Source: Ilumatobacteraceae bacterium
GTDB taxonomy: Bacteria > Actinomycetota > Acidimicrobiia > Acidimicrobiales > Ilumatobacteraceae
DNA length: 64,000 nt
Direction: 5' to 3'
NCBI GenBank assembly: GCA_963741755.1
Contig: CAVUJG010000021.1
Span: 15,653-79,652, forward strand
Under the pieces are notes generated by a model, which ran no database searches, had not been told where the DNA came from, and saw only the letters and a list, made by a program, of their open reading frames with translations. Shown piece by piece: positions 27,156 through 37,062 of this stretch. A program made the translations under genes and the position numbers. Numbering within the stretch: position 1 is the stretch's first letter; the number at the start of each line of letters is the position of its first letter.

Positions 27156-30100
27156 ATGCGGATCCCGAGCAGTACTCTGCGCTCACGTGCGCTCGCACGG
27201 CGTGAGGCGGGGCGTGGCGACACATGGTTGTGGATGACCACAGCGGTGTTGTGTCTCGGCATGGTCCTGCCACTGGCGGCTGCGTCCGAGTCGACACCGG
27301 TCAGCGCTGCCGGTGAGTCGTCCTACTCCTCGATTCCGATGCAGTCGTGGCGACTCAACGGCGTCGGACGATCGATCCTGAAGGTCGGCACCACGATCTA
27401 TGTCGGCGGTTCGTTCACCGAAGCGATCAGCCCCGACGGCACGCAGCGCGTCAGTCGACGCAACCTTGCTGCCTTCGATCGCGCGCACTGGGGCGCTCAT
27501 TTCATCGTTCCGCGCCGACGCCGACAACGCCATCTACAACATCGAGATCAACGCCAACACGCTCTACGTCGGTGGGGTGTTCACGTCGATCGGCGGGGTC
27601 GGCCGGGCCCGACTGGCAGCGATCGACGCCACGAGCGGCGCGGTGCGCTCCGGCTTCTCCGCCGACACCAACGGCAACGTCTACGACCTGTCGCTGGCCG
27701 GCGGGAAGCTCTACGTCGGCGGCTCGTTCACGACCATCGGCGGGCAGCCGCGCACGTGTGCGGCAGCGGTATCGCCCACTTCCGGGGCGGTCGACCCGAA
27801 CTTCCGCCCCAACGTCGACGGCCTGGTGAATGCGATCGCCACGACTCCCGATGGAGCGACAACATTCATCGGTGGATCGTTCGGCATGGTGAACGGACGG
27901 GGCGACACCGATGTCAGCACCCTTGACGCCACGACTGGAGCGACAGTGGGACCCGACATCGCGAGCGCCGTCGGCGACGCCTTGCACCTCCTGGTCTCCG
28001 ACGACGGCTCCTCGCTGATTGCGGGTCATGGCACGAGTGGTAATCGAACCGCCGTCTACGACACCACGTCCGGTCAGCGGTTGTGGCGACAAACCGTCGA
28101 TGGTGACACACAGGGCGCGGCGTTGGTCGGTAACCAGGTGTTCGCCGGGTTCCACGACGGTTCGAAGGGCGAGGGCGCCACCAGAGTCGCCCTCTACGAC
28201 CGATCGACCGGAGCCGAGGACGCAGCATTCCGACCGAGCTTCGATCGTTTCATGGGGGCTTGGGCCGTCGATGGCGACTCCGACGCCCTGGTGATCGCCG
28301 GCAACTTCTCGACGATTTCGGGCGTTCGGGTCGAGGGCTTCGCCATCTTCCCCAGGTCTGCCCCGACCAGCTTCGCGGCGAGCGTCTGGGGCTACGAGCC
28401 CTGGCGCTACCTCGACACCGGCGCCGACCCCGGGGCGGCGTGGCGTCAGAACGGCTTCAACGACTCGGCGTGGAAGAGCGGCATCGGTGAGTTCGGCTAC
28501 GGCGACGGCGACGAACGGACGCGCATCTCCTACGTCGGGTCGGCCTCGAACAAGAACGTCACGTCCTGGTTCCGTCGGGCGTTCGACGCAACGAGTTCAC
28601 CGACCTCGGCGGGCATCTACATGCGCGTCGACGACGGTGCTGTCGTCTACGTCAACGGTGTCGAGGTGGCCAGGGACAACATGCCGTCGGGCGCCGTCGC
28701 GCCGGCGACATTGGCGTTCGTACGCGACGGGTACGGCGAGGACGACGTCAGATACTTCCCCATCGACCCCACGCTGATCACCCCAGGACGCAACACGATC
28801 GGCGTCGAAGTCCACCAGACCGATCCTGCGTCGGATGATCTGACGTTCTTTGCCACCGTGGTCGCATACGGCGCCGAATCGCCAACGCCCCCGACCACGA
28901 CGACGACGACCACCACGACGACCACGACAACGGTTCCGGGCACCACGGCACCGACGACCACCGTTGTCGCGCCGCCATCGGGTCGGATCGATGTCGCATC
29001 GGATGCCGTCTGGTCCTACCTCGACGACGGCAGCGATCAGGCAAACAGCTGGACCTCTGTGGCCTTCAACGACTCGGCATGGAAGACGGGCGTCGGAGAG
29101 TTCGGATACGGCGACGGCGACGAACGCACGGTCGTGAGCTACGGCCCGTCCGCCAACCCGAAGTACACGACCACGTACTTCCGCCACCGGTTCACCGCGT
29201 CCGGCGTCCCCGACGACCTCACGTTGCGACTTCGAGTCGACGACGGCGCTGTTGCCTACCTCAATGGCGTGGAGGTGGCCCGATTCAACCTCCCGAGTGG
29301 TCCCGTGAGCGTCTCGACACGGGCCCCTGCCGCGATCTCCGGACCCGATGAGCGGCTCGACCGCCCGTTCACCGTCGACCCGTCGCTGATCCGAGTCGGC
29401 GCCAACGTGCTGAGCGTCGAGGTCCACCAGAACACGCTGGGCTCGTCCGACCTGTCGTTCCTCGCCAGCCTCTTCGGCAGCGGTTCCGTCGCAGCGACGA
29501 CGGCCGCGACCACCACCTCACCGACGACCATCGTTGCGCCAACCACGACCGCTGGTCCCACCACAGCAGCAACGACCACAGTGGCACCTACCACGGCCGC
29601 GCCAACGACATCGGCGACCACCACGACCACCATCGCCGCTCCGCCACCGCCCCCAGCAGGATTGGCCGCATCGATCGCACCGGACGCCGTCTGGTCGTAC
29701 CTTGATGACGGCAGCGATCAAGGGTCCGCCTGGAACTCCGTCCAATTCGACGACACCACCTGGATGACCGGTGTTGGCGAATTCGGCTACGGCGATGGAG
29801 ATGAACGCACCGTCATCAGCTTCGGCCCGGTGACCAGTCGGAAGTACCCGACGACGTACTTCCGCCATCGATTCACGGCGACGGGAACACCGACCGAGCT
29901 GACGCTCACCCTGCGCATCGACGACGGCGCAATCGTGCACATCAACGGCGTCGAAGCCCACCGCTTCAACATGCCGGACAGCGGCGTGACCCATGAAACT
30001 CGCGCCCTCGACGCGATCTGGGGTGCCGCCGAGCGCGTCGATCGTGTGATCACGCTCGATCCCACGCTGGTTCGTGCGGGTAAGAACGTCATCACCGTCG

Positions 30101-30183
30101 AGGTGCACCAGGACACCTACGGGTCGTCCGTCGCACCGTTGCTCGCCTCGTGCGACCGGGCGCACCTGACCAACTTGCCCTGA
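27156..30183 (+). CDS. large secreted protein: beta-propeller (delta-60/DUF5122-like YVGGxFTxIGG repeats) plus three ~160-aa repeated modules joined by Thr/Pro/Ala linkers; one frameshift near the 5' end
   Basis: The signal-like N-terminus is in ORF 27156..27926 and the rest in ORF 27400..30183. The join ...RRNLAAFDRA / TGALISSFRADADNAIYNI is at ~27481-27490. Modules each contain W.YLD.G...W....F.DS.W..G.GEFGYGDGDERT...YFR..F...VDDGA..Y.NGVE...N.P. Confidence 0.75.
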
Positions 30184-30201
30184 GCGTGCCAGACTCCGTT
30201 C

Positions 30202-30738
30202 ATGGCAACGCTCGTGCTCACCGTGATCGGCGACGACCGCGCAGGGCTTGTCGACGCACTCGCCGGCCCGATTGCCCGTCACGGCGGCAACTGGGACCGC
30301 AGTCACATGGCTCGGCTCGCCGGCAAGTTCGCCGGCATCGTCGTGGTGTCCGTCCCCGACGAGCACACCGACGACCTCACTGCCGAACTCGACACGCTGA
30401 CTGCGCAGGGCGTTCTCGACGTCACCGTGGCCATCGCTGCGAACGATGGACCGCCAGACCACGACGAATTCCTCCAGCTCCACCTGATCGGTCAAGACCG
30501 ACCGGGCATCATCCGCGAGGTCGCGGGCGCCCTCGCGCAACGCAACGTGAGTATCGAAGAGCTCGAGACGTCTGCGTCGTCGGCTCCGATGTCCGGTGAG
30601 CTGCTCTTCGAGGCGACGGCAACATTGCGGATGCCCGCGGCTGCCGACCCCGCAGATCTCCGTGCCGCTCTGGAGGCCATCGCCAACGAGTTGATGGTCG
30701 ACCTCGACGTGACCGAACAACGCAACGCAAGGGGGTGA
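30202..30738 (+). CDS. tandem ACT-domain protein (GcvR-like)
   Basis: There are two ACT-like halves: VLTVIGDDRAGLVDALAGPI and LHLIGQDRPGIIREVAGALA. Confidence 0.75.
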   Translation: MATLVLTVIGDDRAGLVDALAGPIARHGGNWDRSHMARLAGKFAGIVVVSVPDEHTDDLTAELDTLTAQGVLDVTVAIAANDGPPDHDEFLQLHLIGQDRPGIIREVAGALAQRNVSIEELETSASSAPMSGELLFEATATLRMPAAADPADLRAALEAIANELMVDLDVTEQRNARG

Positions 30739-30740
30739 CG

Positions 30741-31802
30741 ATGAGCGAGCCTGACGAGCCCGGAAACGCGCGCGACCGGATCCGGCTGACCCAGTTCAGC
30801 CACGGCGCCGGTTGAGGCTGCAAGCTCGCTCCCGGCGAGCTGGCGCACGTCGTGCGCCATCTGAACTCTGCCCATCCCGATCAGTTGCTCGTCGGTCCGG
30901 AGACCGGCGACGATGCCGCCGTCTGGCGCCTCGACGACGAACGGGCCCTCGTGTCGACCGCCGACTTCATCACGCCGGTCGTCGATGACGCGCGCACGTG
31001 GGGACGCGTTGCCGCAGCGAACAGCGTGTCGGACATCTATGCGATGGGCGGGCGGCCGCTGTTCGCGCTCAATCTCGTCGGATGGAACACCGACAAGCTG
31101 CCGACCTCACTGCTCGGCGAGGTGCTCGCCGGCGGGCAGGACATCGCCGACGAGGCCGGTTTCGTGATTGCCGGCGGACACACGATCGACGACCCCGAAC
31201 CGAAGTACGGCATGGCCGTCACCGGCGAGGCGCACCCCGACCGACTCCTCACCAACGCCGGGTTGCGCTCCGGTCAGGACATCGTGCTCACCAAGGCGCT
31301 CGGCGTCGGCGTCTTGACCACAGCGATCAAGAGCGGTCGGGCAACCTCGGCTCAGTCCGACGCAGTGGTCGCCTCGATGGTTCGACTGAATGACGTTGCG
31401 GCCCGTCTCGCCTTGGCCGCTGGGGTCACCGGCTGTACCGACGTGACCGGCTTCGGGCTGCTCGGCCACCTCGGCCGCATGGCACTCGAGTCCGGCGTCT
31501 CCGTCGACATCGAGTTCACGACAGTGCCGTTCCTGCCGGGCGCCGTCGAACTGGCCGCCGACGGCGTGATGCCCGGCGGCAGCACACGGAACCTGGCCTG
31601 GGCGCTGGAGTTCGTCGACGTCGGAGACCTCGACGAGGTCCGACAGCTCCTGCTCGCCGACGCCCAGACCTCCGGCGGTCTCGTGTTCGGCGTCGATCCC
31701 ACGGAAACCGCAGGCATCCTCGCCGAGCTCGCGGCCACCGGACACCGGGCGGCCCACATCGGTACCGTCCGCTCAGGCGCCCCGGGCATCACCCTTCATT
31801 GA
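30741..31802 (+). CDS. selD: selenide, water dikinase SelD with in-frame TGA (Sec) at codon 25
   Basis: ATG 30741 follows AAGGGGG. Translation gives RLTQFSHGAG-TGA-GCKLAPGEL, the SelD N-terminal loop with TGA (30813-30815) at the Cys/Sec position. The rest (ORF 30852..31802) is typical SelD/AIR-synthase fold. Confidence 0.88.
30823..30858 (+). other. candidate bacterial SECIS hairpins downstream of the selD UGA
   Basis: Hairpin 1 pairs AGCUCGC (30823-30829) with GCGAGCU (30835-30841), loop UCCCG. Hairpin 2 pairs GGCGCAC (30842-30848) with GUGCGCC (30852-30858), loop GUC. Confidence 0.5.
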
Positions 31803-31988
31803 CCACCAGGTCGCTCAGGGGCAGCGCCAGGTGGTGACCGTGTTCTCGAGCTGCTCGGTGTCGGCGTCATGCCAGCAGACCTCATGTTCGACCTGAACGC
31901 GGTGGAATGGTCCACGAAGGATCGGTCATCGACACCAGATGTACGTCGAGCGGTGCAGAGGATTGAGCGACGAGGCAGACTCTCCGCC

Positions 31989-33821
31989 ATGACCGTCGAC
32001 GAGAGCCCCACCGACACCCGACAGCCAGATGGTGATCTCACCGCCGCCGACGTGGCGTGGGACATCGACACGATCCTGCCCGATGGTGCAACGCCGGCAG
32101 ATCTGTTCGATCGCGCCGACGCGCTCGCCGACGACCTGACCTCGCTGCGCGGACGCGTCGGCAGCCTCGATGCGGGCGGGTTGGCCGACGCCATGCACCG
32201 GTTGGCCGAGCTCCAGGACCTGATGTCACGTGCCGGATACCACGCCATGCTGGCGTTCTCGACGGCTACCGACGACCCCGCCCGCGGTGCGGCGATGGCA
32301 GCCGCGCAGGAGCGCTCGACGGCGATCGGCACGAAGCTGATCTTCATCGACCTCGAGTGGGCCGCAGCCGACGACGACCATGTCGCCACGGTGCTGGCCG
32401 ATCCTCGCCTGGACTTCTGTCGTCACCACCTCGACAACCTCCGCCTGAGCCGGCCCTACCTGTTGTCGGAGGCCGAGGAGACAATCGTCGCCGAGAAGAG
32501 CCAGACCGGGTTCGCCGCGTGGACCCGGCTCTTCGACGAACTGACCTCGGCGATCACCGTCGACCTGCCCGACGAGTTCGGCGGTCCCGGTCGACCGCTG
32601 ATGCAGGCCGCCTCGATCCTGCAGCACCCCGACCGGGCCGTGCGCAAGCAGGTCGCCGACGGCATCACCGCCGGCCTCGAGCCCGGCCTGCGTACTCGCG
32701 CCTTTCTGTTCAACACGCTGCTGCTCGACAAGTCGATCGACGACCGACTGCGCGGCTACCCCTCGTGGATCTCGTCACGCAACCTGGCCAACGAGGCCTC
32801 CGACGAGTCGGTGCAGGCCCTGGTCGACGCCGTCGTCGACAACTACTCGATCGCCCAGCGCTGGTACACGCTCAAGGCGCAGGTGCTCGGCCTCGACAAG
32901 CTCGCCGACTACGACCGCATGGCTTCGGTGGCCACCGCCGATCGTGACATCGGCTGGGCCGAGGGCACACAGATCGTCCGCGATGCCTACGCCTCGTTCT
33001 CACCCGAGTTGGCAGGAATCGTCGACCGGTTCATCGACGAGTCCTGGATCGATGCGCCCGTCCGCCCGAGCAAGCGCGGCGGAGCATTCGCCGCGGGCGT
33101 GTCACCGGACCATCACCCGTACGTCCTGCTCAACTGGACCTCGAAGTCACGAGACGTCGCCACGCTGGCGCACGAACTCGGCCACGGCGTGCACTTCTAC
33201 CTGGCCCGCGAGCAGGGCATCTTCCACCAGAGCACCCCCTTGACGCTCGCCGAGACCGCCTCCGTGTTCGGTGAGACGGTCACCAGCAACCGGCTGCTGT
33301 CGATGATCGACGATCCCAACGAGCGCTTCGCGCTGCTGGCGACGTCGCTCGAGGACTCGATTGCGACGGTGTTCCGCCAGATCGCCATGAACCGCTTCGA
33401 GCATTCCGTGCACACCGCTCGTCGCACCGAGGGCGAGCTGAGCGTCGAACGGTTCGGCGATCTGTGGGCCGAGAGCCAACATGCGATGCTCGGCGACTCG
33501 GTCGAGATCACGGACGGGTACCGCAACTGGTGGAGCTACGTTCCGCACTTCATGGGCTCCCCCGGCTACGTGTATGCGTACGCCTACGGCCAATTGCTGG
33601 CGTTGTCGGTGTACGCCCGCTACCAGGAAGAGGGCGACGCGTTCGTGCCTGCCTACCTCGACCTCCTTCGTGCCGGCGGGTCCGACACACCCGAGAACCT
33701 GGCCCGCATCGTCGACTGCGACCTCGCCGATCCGAACTTCTGGCGCAACGGCCTCAAGATCGTCGAAGGTCAGCTCACCGCCGCCGAAGACGCTGCCCGC
33801 GCAGCGGGGCGCCTCGAGTGA
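31989..33821 (+). CDS. pepF: M3-family oligoendopeptidase (PepF-like)
   Basis: ATG is at 31989 (MTVDESP). The zinc motif is HELGHGVH. The upstream part of the track ORF is an extension. Confidence 0.9.
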   Translation: MTVDESPTDTRQPDGDLTAADVAWDIDTILPDGATPADLFDRADALADDLTSLRGRVGSLDAGGLADAMHRLAELQDLMSRAGYHAMLAFSTATDDPARGAAMAAAQERSTAIGTKLIFIDLEWAAADDDHVATVLADPRLDFCRHHLDNLRLSRPYLLSEAEETIVAEKSQTGFAAWTRLFDELTSAITVDLPDEFGGPGRPLMQAASILQHPDRAVRKQVADGITAGLEPGLRTRAFLFNTLLLDKSIDDRLRGYPSWISSRNLANEASDESVQALVDAVVDNYSIAQRWYTLKAQVLGLDKLADYDRMASVATADRDIGWAEGTQIVRDAYASFSPELAGIVDRFIDESWIDAPVRPSKRGGAFAAGVSPDHHPYVLLNWTSKSRDVATLAHELGHGVHFYLAREQGIFHQSTPLTLAETASVFGETVTSNRLLSMIDDPNERFALLATSLEDSIATVFRQIAMNRFEHSVHTARRTEGELSVERFGDLWAESQHAMLGDSVEITDGYRNWWSYVPHFMGSPGYVYAYAYGQLLALSVYARYQEEGDAFVPAYLDLLRAGGSDTPENLARIVDCDLADPNFWRNGLKIVEGQLTAAEDAARAAGRLE

Positions 33822-34552
33822 CGTACTGCCTGGCGATCAAGCTCGAGGAAGGGATCGTGTTCCTCTCCGATACGCGCACGAGCGCCGGTGTCGACAACAT
33901 CAGCATCTACCGCAAGATGCACGTGCTGCAGCCTGCGGCGGACCGGGCGTTCGTGATCCAGTCGGCAGGGAACCTCGCCACCACCCAGGAGGTGCTCGAT
34001 CGAATCAACCGCGACCTCGACGCCGACGACGGCCGCGAGACCCTCGCCACGGTCGATCGCCTCTTCGAGGCCGCCCTCTACCTCGGACGCATCAGCCGCG
34101 AGGTCGTGGCGAGTCACCGCGAGTCCCTCGCGGCGTCGGGCGCAGACGGAACGGCCACATTCATCCTCGGCGGTGAGATCGAGGGCGAAGCGCCCGAGAT
34201 CTTCCTCGTCTACCCGGAGGGCAACTACATCCGGTCCTCGAAGACTCGTCCGTTCCTACAGATCGGCGAAACGAAGTTCGGCAAGTTCTGGCTGGAACTC
34301 GTGACGCTGGTGCAACCCGACCTCGAGGTCGGCATGAAGATTGCGCTCGGCTCGATGCTCAGCACCACGAGGGCCAACCTGTCGGTCGGACCGCCGTTCG
34401 ACCTGGCGATCTACCGGAACGACTCGTTGGCGTTCGACGAGCACCGCATCGAGGCGGACTCTGCCTACCTGGCCGACATCCAGCACCGATTCGTCAAGCA
34501 CCTCATGGGTGCACTCGACGAGCTTCCCGACGTCCCCTGGTCCGACGCCTGA
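33818..34552 (+). CDS. proteasome-type protease (bacterial proteasome homologue, Ntn hydrolase)
   Basis: GTG 33818 overlaps the pepF stop (GTGA). The N-terminus is (M)TYCLAIKLEEGIVFLSDTRTSAG, with Thr immediately after the initiator as expected for an Ntn nucleophile. Confidence 0.8.
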   Translation: MTYCLAIKLEEGIVFLSDTRTSAGVDNISIYRKMHVLQPAADRAFVIQSAGNLATTQEVLDRINRDLDADDGRETLATVDRLFEAALYLGRISREVVASHRESLAASGADGTATFILGGEIEGEAPEIFLVYPEGNYIRSSKTRPFLQIGETKFGKFWLELVTLVQPDLEVGMKIALGSMLSTTRANLSVGPPFDLAIYRNDSLAFDEHRIEADSAYLADIQHRFVKHLMGALDELPDVPWSDA

Positions 34553-34604
34553 TCCGCTCCCGTCACCGCTTGGGGCGTTCGGCCCAACGGTCTACGGTGG
34601 TCGG

Positions 34605-35453
34605 GTGACCGACGAACAGCGGCCCTACGGGTCCGACCAGGCCGATCCTGCCCTCAAACGTGTCCGTACACGGCACTTCCAGCGCGCCAAGGAGCAGGGC
34701 ATCAAGATCACCGGCCTGACGAGCTACGACTTCCTGTCGGCGTCGATCTTCGACGATGCCGGCATCGACTTCCTGCTCGTCGGCGACTCCGCCGGCAACA
34801 CCGTGTTCGGCTACGACACGACGATCCCGGTCACCGTCGACGAACTGATTCCACTGACCGCTGCGGTCGTCCGCGGCGCCAAGCGAGCGCTCGTGATCGC
34901 CGACATGCCGTTCGGTTCCTACGAGAACGGTCCCGACGATGCACTCGCCACGGCGATCCGGTTCATGAAGGAGACGGGCGCTCACGCAGTCAAGCTCGAA
35001 GGCGGGGTACGCAGCGCAAAGCAGATCAAGCGGATCGTGCGCGCCGGGGTTCCCGTGATGGCGCACATCGGCTACACCCCGCAGAGCGAGCACGGCCTGG
35101 GCGGCCACATCATTCAGGGTCGTGGCGAAGGGGCCGAGCAACTGCTGGCCGACGCGCACGCAATCGAGGAGGCCGGAGCGTTCGCCGTCGTGCTGGAGAT
35201 GGTGCCGTCGAGCATCGCCGCGCAGGTGACCAAGGAGCTCTCGATTCCGACGATCTCGGTCGGCGCCGGGCCGGAGTGTGACGGCCAGTTGCTGGTGTGG
35301 AGCGACTGGGCGGGATTCACTCGCGGGCGCATCCCGAAGTTCGTCAAACAGTACGCATCGATCGGCCAGACGTTGCTCGACGCCGCCGTGTCGTTCCGCG
35401 AAGACGTCGAGTCCGGCGTGTACCCGGCACCCGAGCACGAGTACGGCGAGTGA
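34605..35453 (+). CDS. panB: 3-methyl-2-oxobutanoate hydroxymethyltransferase
   Basis: GTG is at 34605. Family blocks LLVGDSAGN, VIADMPFGSY, VKLEGG and IGYTPQS are present. Confidence 0.93.
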   Translation: MTDEQRPYGSDQADPALKRVRTRHFQRAKEQGIKITGLTSYDFLSASIFDDAGIDFLLVGDSAGNTVFGYDTTIPVTVDELIPLTAAVVRGAKRALVIADMPFGSYENGPDDALATAIRFMKETGAHAVKLEGGVRSAKQIKRIVRAGVPVMAHIGYTPQSEHGLGGHIIQGRGEGAEQLLADAHAIEEAGAFAVVLEMVPSSIAAQVTKELSIPTISVGAGPECDGQLLVWSDWAGFTRGRIPKFVKQYASIGQTLLDAAVSFREDVESGVYPAPEHEYGE

Positions 35454-36127
35454 GCAGCCGGCTCCACGTCGTCGCCCGCGGCTCGGGCGCGCCGATCGTG
35501 TTCCTCCACGGCATGGGCACGTCGGCCGCGACCTGGAATCGGTGCATGGAACTGCTCGACGACCGCTTCACCGTCGTCGCGCCAGACCTCCTCGGCCACG
35601 GTGACTCTCCCGTGCTCGACGACCCCTCCGAGTACACCCGCGACCGAACGCTCGTCGATGTCGACGACATCCTGGCCGGCCTCGACGCGCCCCCTGTGCT
35701 CGTCGGGCATTCGCTCGGTGGGTACCTTGCGCTCGCCTACGCAGCGACCCGCCCGGACGCGGTGAGTGGCGTGGTCGTGCTCAACACCGGCCCCGGCTAT
35801 CGCGACGATGCGAAACGCGAGGAGTGGAACGCCCGCTCACGGCGCAACGCTCACCGATTCGGTGTGCCGGAGCAGGTGACGACGATGAACCTCCAGGAGG
35901 ATTCGGTCGTGATGGACCGACTCGCCGACATGACGATACCGGTGCTCGTGCTCGCCGGCGGCGACGACCGTCCGGAGTACACCGGCGCGGGCCGGTATCT
36001 CGAACGCAAGATGCCGCACGCCCGGCTGGTGATCGTCGACGGCGGCGGCCACTCGATGCACGAGGACAGCCACGCGCCCGACGTCGCGCACCTCATCGCC
36101 GAGTTCGCCGACGGCCTCGGGACCTGA
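35450..36127 (+). CDS. alpha/beta hydrolase
   Basis: GTG 35450 overlaps the panB stop (GTGA). Motifs IVFLHGMG, the nucleophile GHSLGG and the C-terminal GGGHSMHED are present. Confidence 0.8.
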   Translation: MSSRLHVVARGSGAPIVFLHGMGTSAATWNRCMELLDDRFTVVAPDLLGHGDSPVLDDPSEYTRDRTLVDVDDILAGLDAPPVLVGHSLGGYLALAYAATRPDAVSGVVVLNTGPGYRDDAKREEWNARSRRNAHRFGVPEQVTTMNLQEDSVVMDRLADMTIPVLVLAGGDDRPEYTGAGRYLERKMPHARLVIVDGGGHSMHEDSHAPDVAHLIAEFADGLGT

Positions 36128-36235
36128 CAGCGCAGGCACCGCCGATCGGTATGGCCGAACGGTTTCGAACCATTCGATTCAGAGGCAGCAACGTCATCGG
36201 GTAGCGCCCGTGTCATGCGCACGGTCCAGCCGAGC

Positions 36236-36625
36236 TCAGCCGACGCTGATGCTGGCCGTCTGACCGCGGCTGAGATGATCGTCGACGTCGCAGATCAGGC
36301 GATAGACGCCCGCCTCGTCGAACGTGACCGTGACGCTGGCACTCGCACCGGGTGCGATCCGTTCGGTCCGCCCGAGTGAGCTCCCGCTCGACGACAGCAC
36401 CTCGAGCGAGTGTTCGAGCTCGCCGATGTTCTCGACGTCGAACTCGATCGTGTCGCCCGACCCGATCAGCCCGGGATCGCCGTTGAACGCGTATTCGACC
36501 GCGGTGATCTCGATCGTGCGCAGTGCCATGGACGAGTCGTCCCCGGCGGTGTCGTCGCTGCCACACGCCACGAACATCGACGACGCGAGAACGACCACAG
36601 CCATCAGCGATCGACGGGAGGACAC
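36236..36625 (-). CDS. cupredoxin-like lipoprotein
   Basis: GTG start. The lipobox is MFVACG. Candidate type-1 Cu ligands are H (ELEHSLEV) and C..H in YRLICDVDDHLSRGQ. Confidence 0.6.
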   Translation of the reverse strand: MSSRRSLMAVVVLASSMFVACGSDDTAGDDSSMALRTIEITAVEYAFNGDPGLIGSGDTIEFDVENIGELEHSLEVLSSSGSSLGRTERIAPGASASVTVTFDEAGVYRLICDVDDHLSRGQTASISVG

Positions 36626-36666
36626 GACAGGAGCGTACTGGCGGCTATCCGGCCTCGAGATCGCTC

Positions 36667-37062
36667 TCAGGCGGTCGTCGGGTTTCCGTAGTGACGGATC
36701 TCCACCACGAGACCGTCGGGATCGTGCACGTACAGCGATGTCCCGTCACCGCGAGCCCCGAATCGTGCGACCGGTCCTTCGACGACTTCGAAGTCACCCG
36801 ACGCCGCCAGCGCCGCCAGGTCGACCGTCTCGACGACGAGGCAGAGGTGATCGAGACGGCCGTCGTCCGTTGGCCCGTGCACGAGGTCGATGATCGTTCC
36901 GCTGTCGACGCGTGCCGACGGGAACGGCGCCTCGCCACGGCGCCACTCGTCGAGCCGAACGGGTTCCAACCCGAGGAGATCGACGTACCACGACAACGTC
37001 GTCTCGACGTCGGCGCATCGCAACACGAGGTGGTCGAAGCCGGTGACCCGCACGCCGCTCAT
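36667..37062 (-). CDS. VOC/glyoxalase-family protein
   Basis: ATG is at 37062 (MSGVRVTGFDHLVLRCADV...). The C-terminus has LYVHDPDGLVVEI. Confidence 0.8.
   Translation of the reverse strand: MSGVRVTGFDHLVLRCADVETTLSWYVDLLGLEPVRLDEWRRGEAPFPSARVDSGTIIDLVHGPTDDGRLDHLCLVVETVDLAALAASGDFEVVEGPVARFGARGDGTSLYVHDPDGLVVEIRHYGNPTTA

Noticed and set aside
28873-29660. Thr/Pro/Ala-coding low-complexity tracts as microsatellites or contingency loci
   Set aside because: They are imperfect, mixed-codon linkers inside one ORF between folded modules. They are interpreted as interdomain linkers, not phase-variable repeats.
30813-30815. The TGA in selD as a simple nonsense mutation or pseudogene
   Set aside because: The TGA falls exactly on the catalytic Cys/Sec codon of a perfectly conserved motif, with the reading frame preserved on both sides and hairpins downstream. 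The other lesions in this window are indels, not substitutions. It is retained as a Sec candidate pending selABC evidence.
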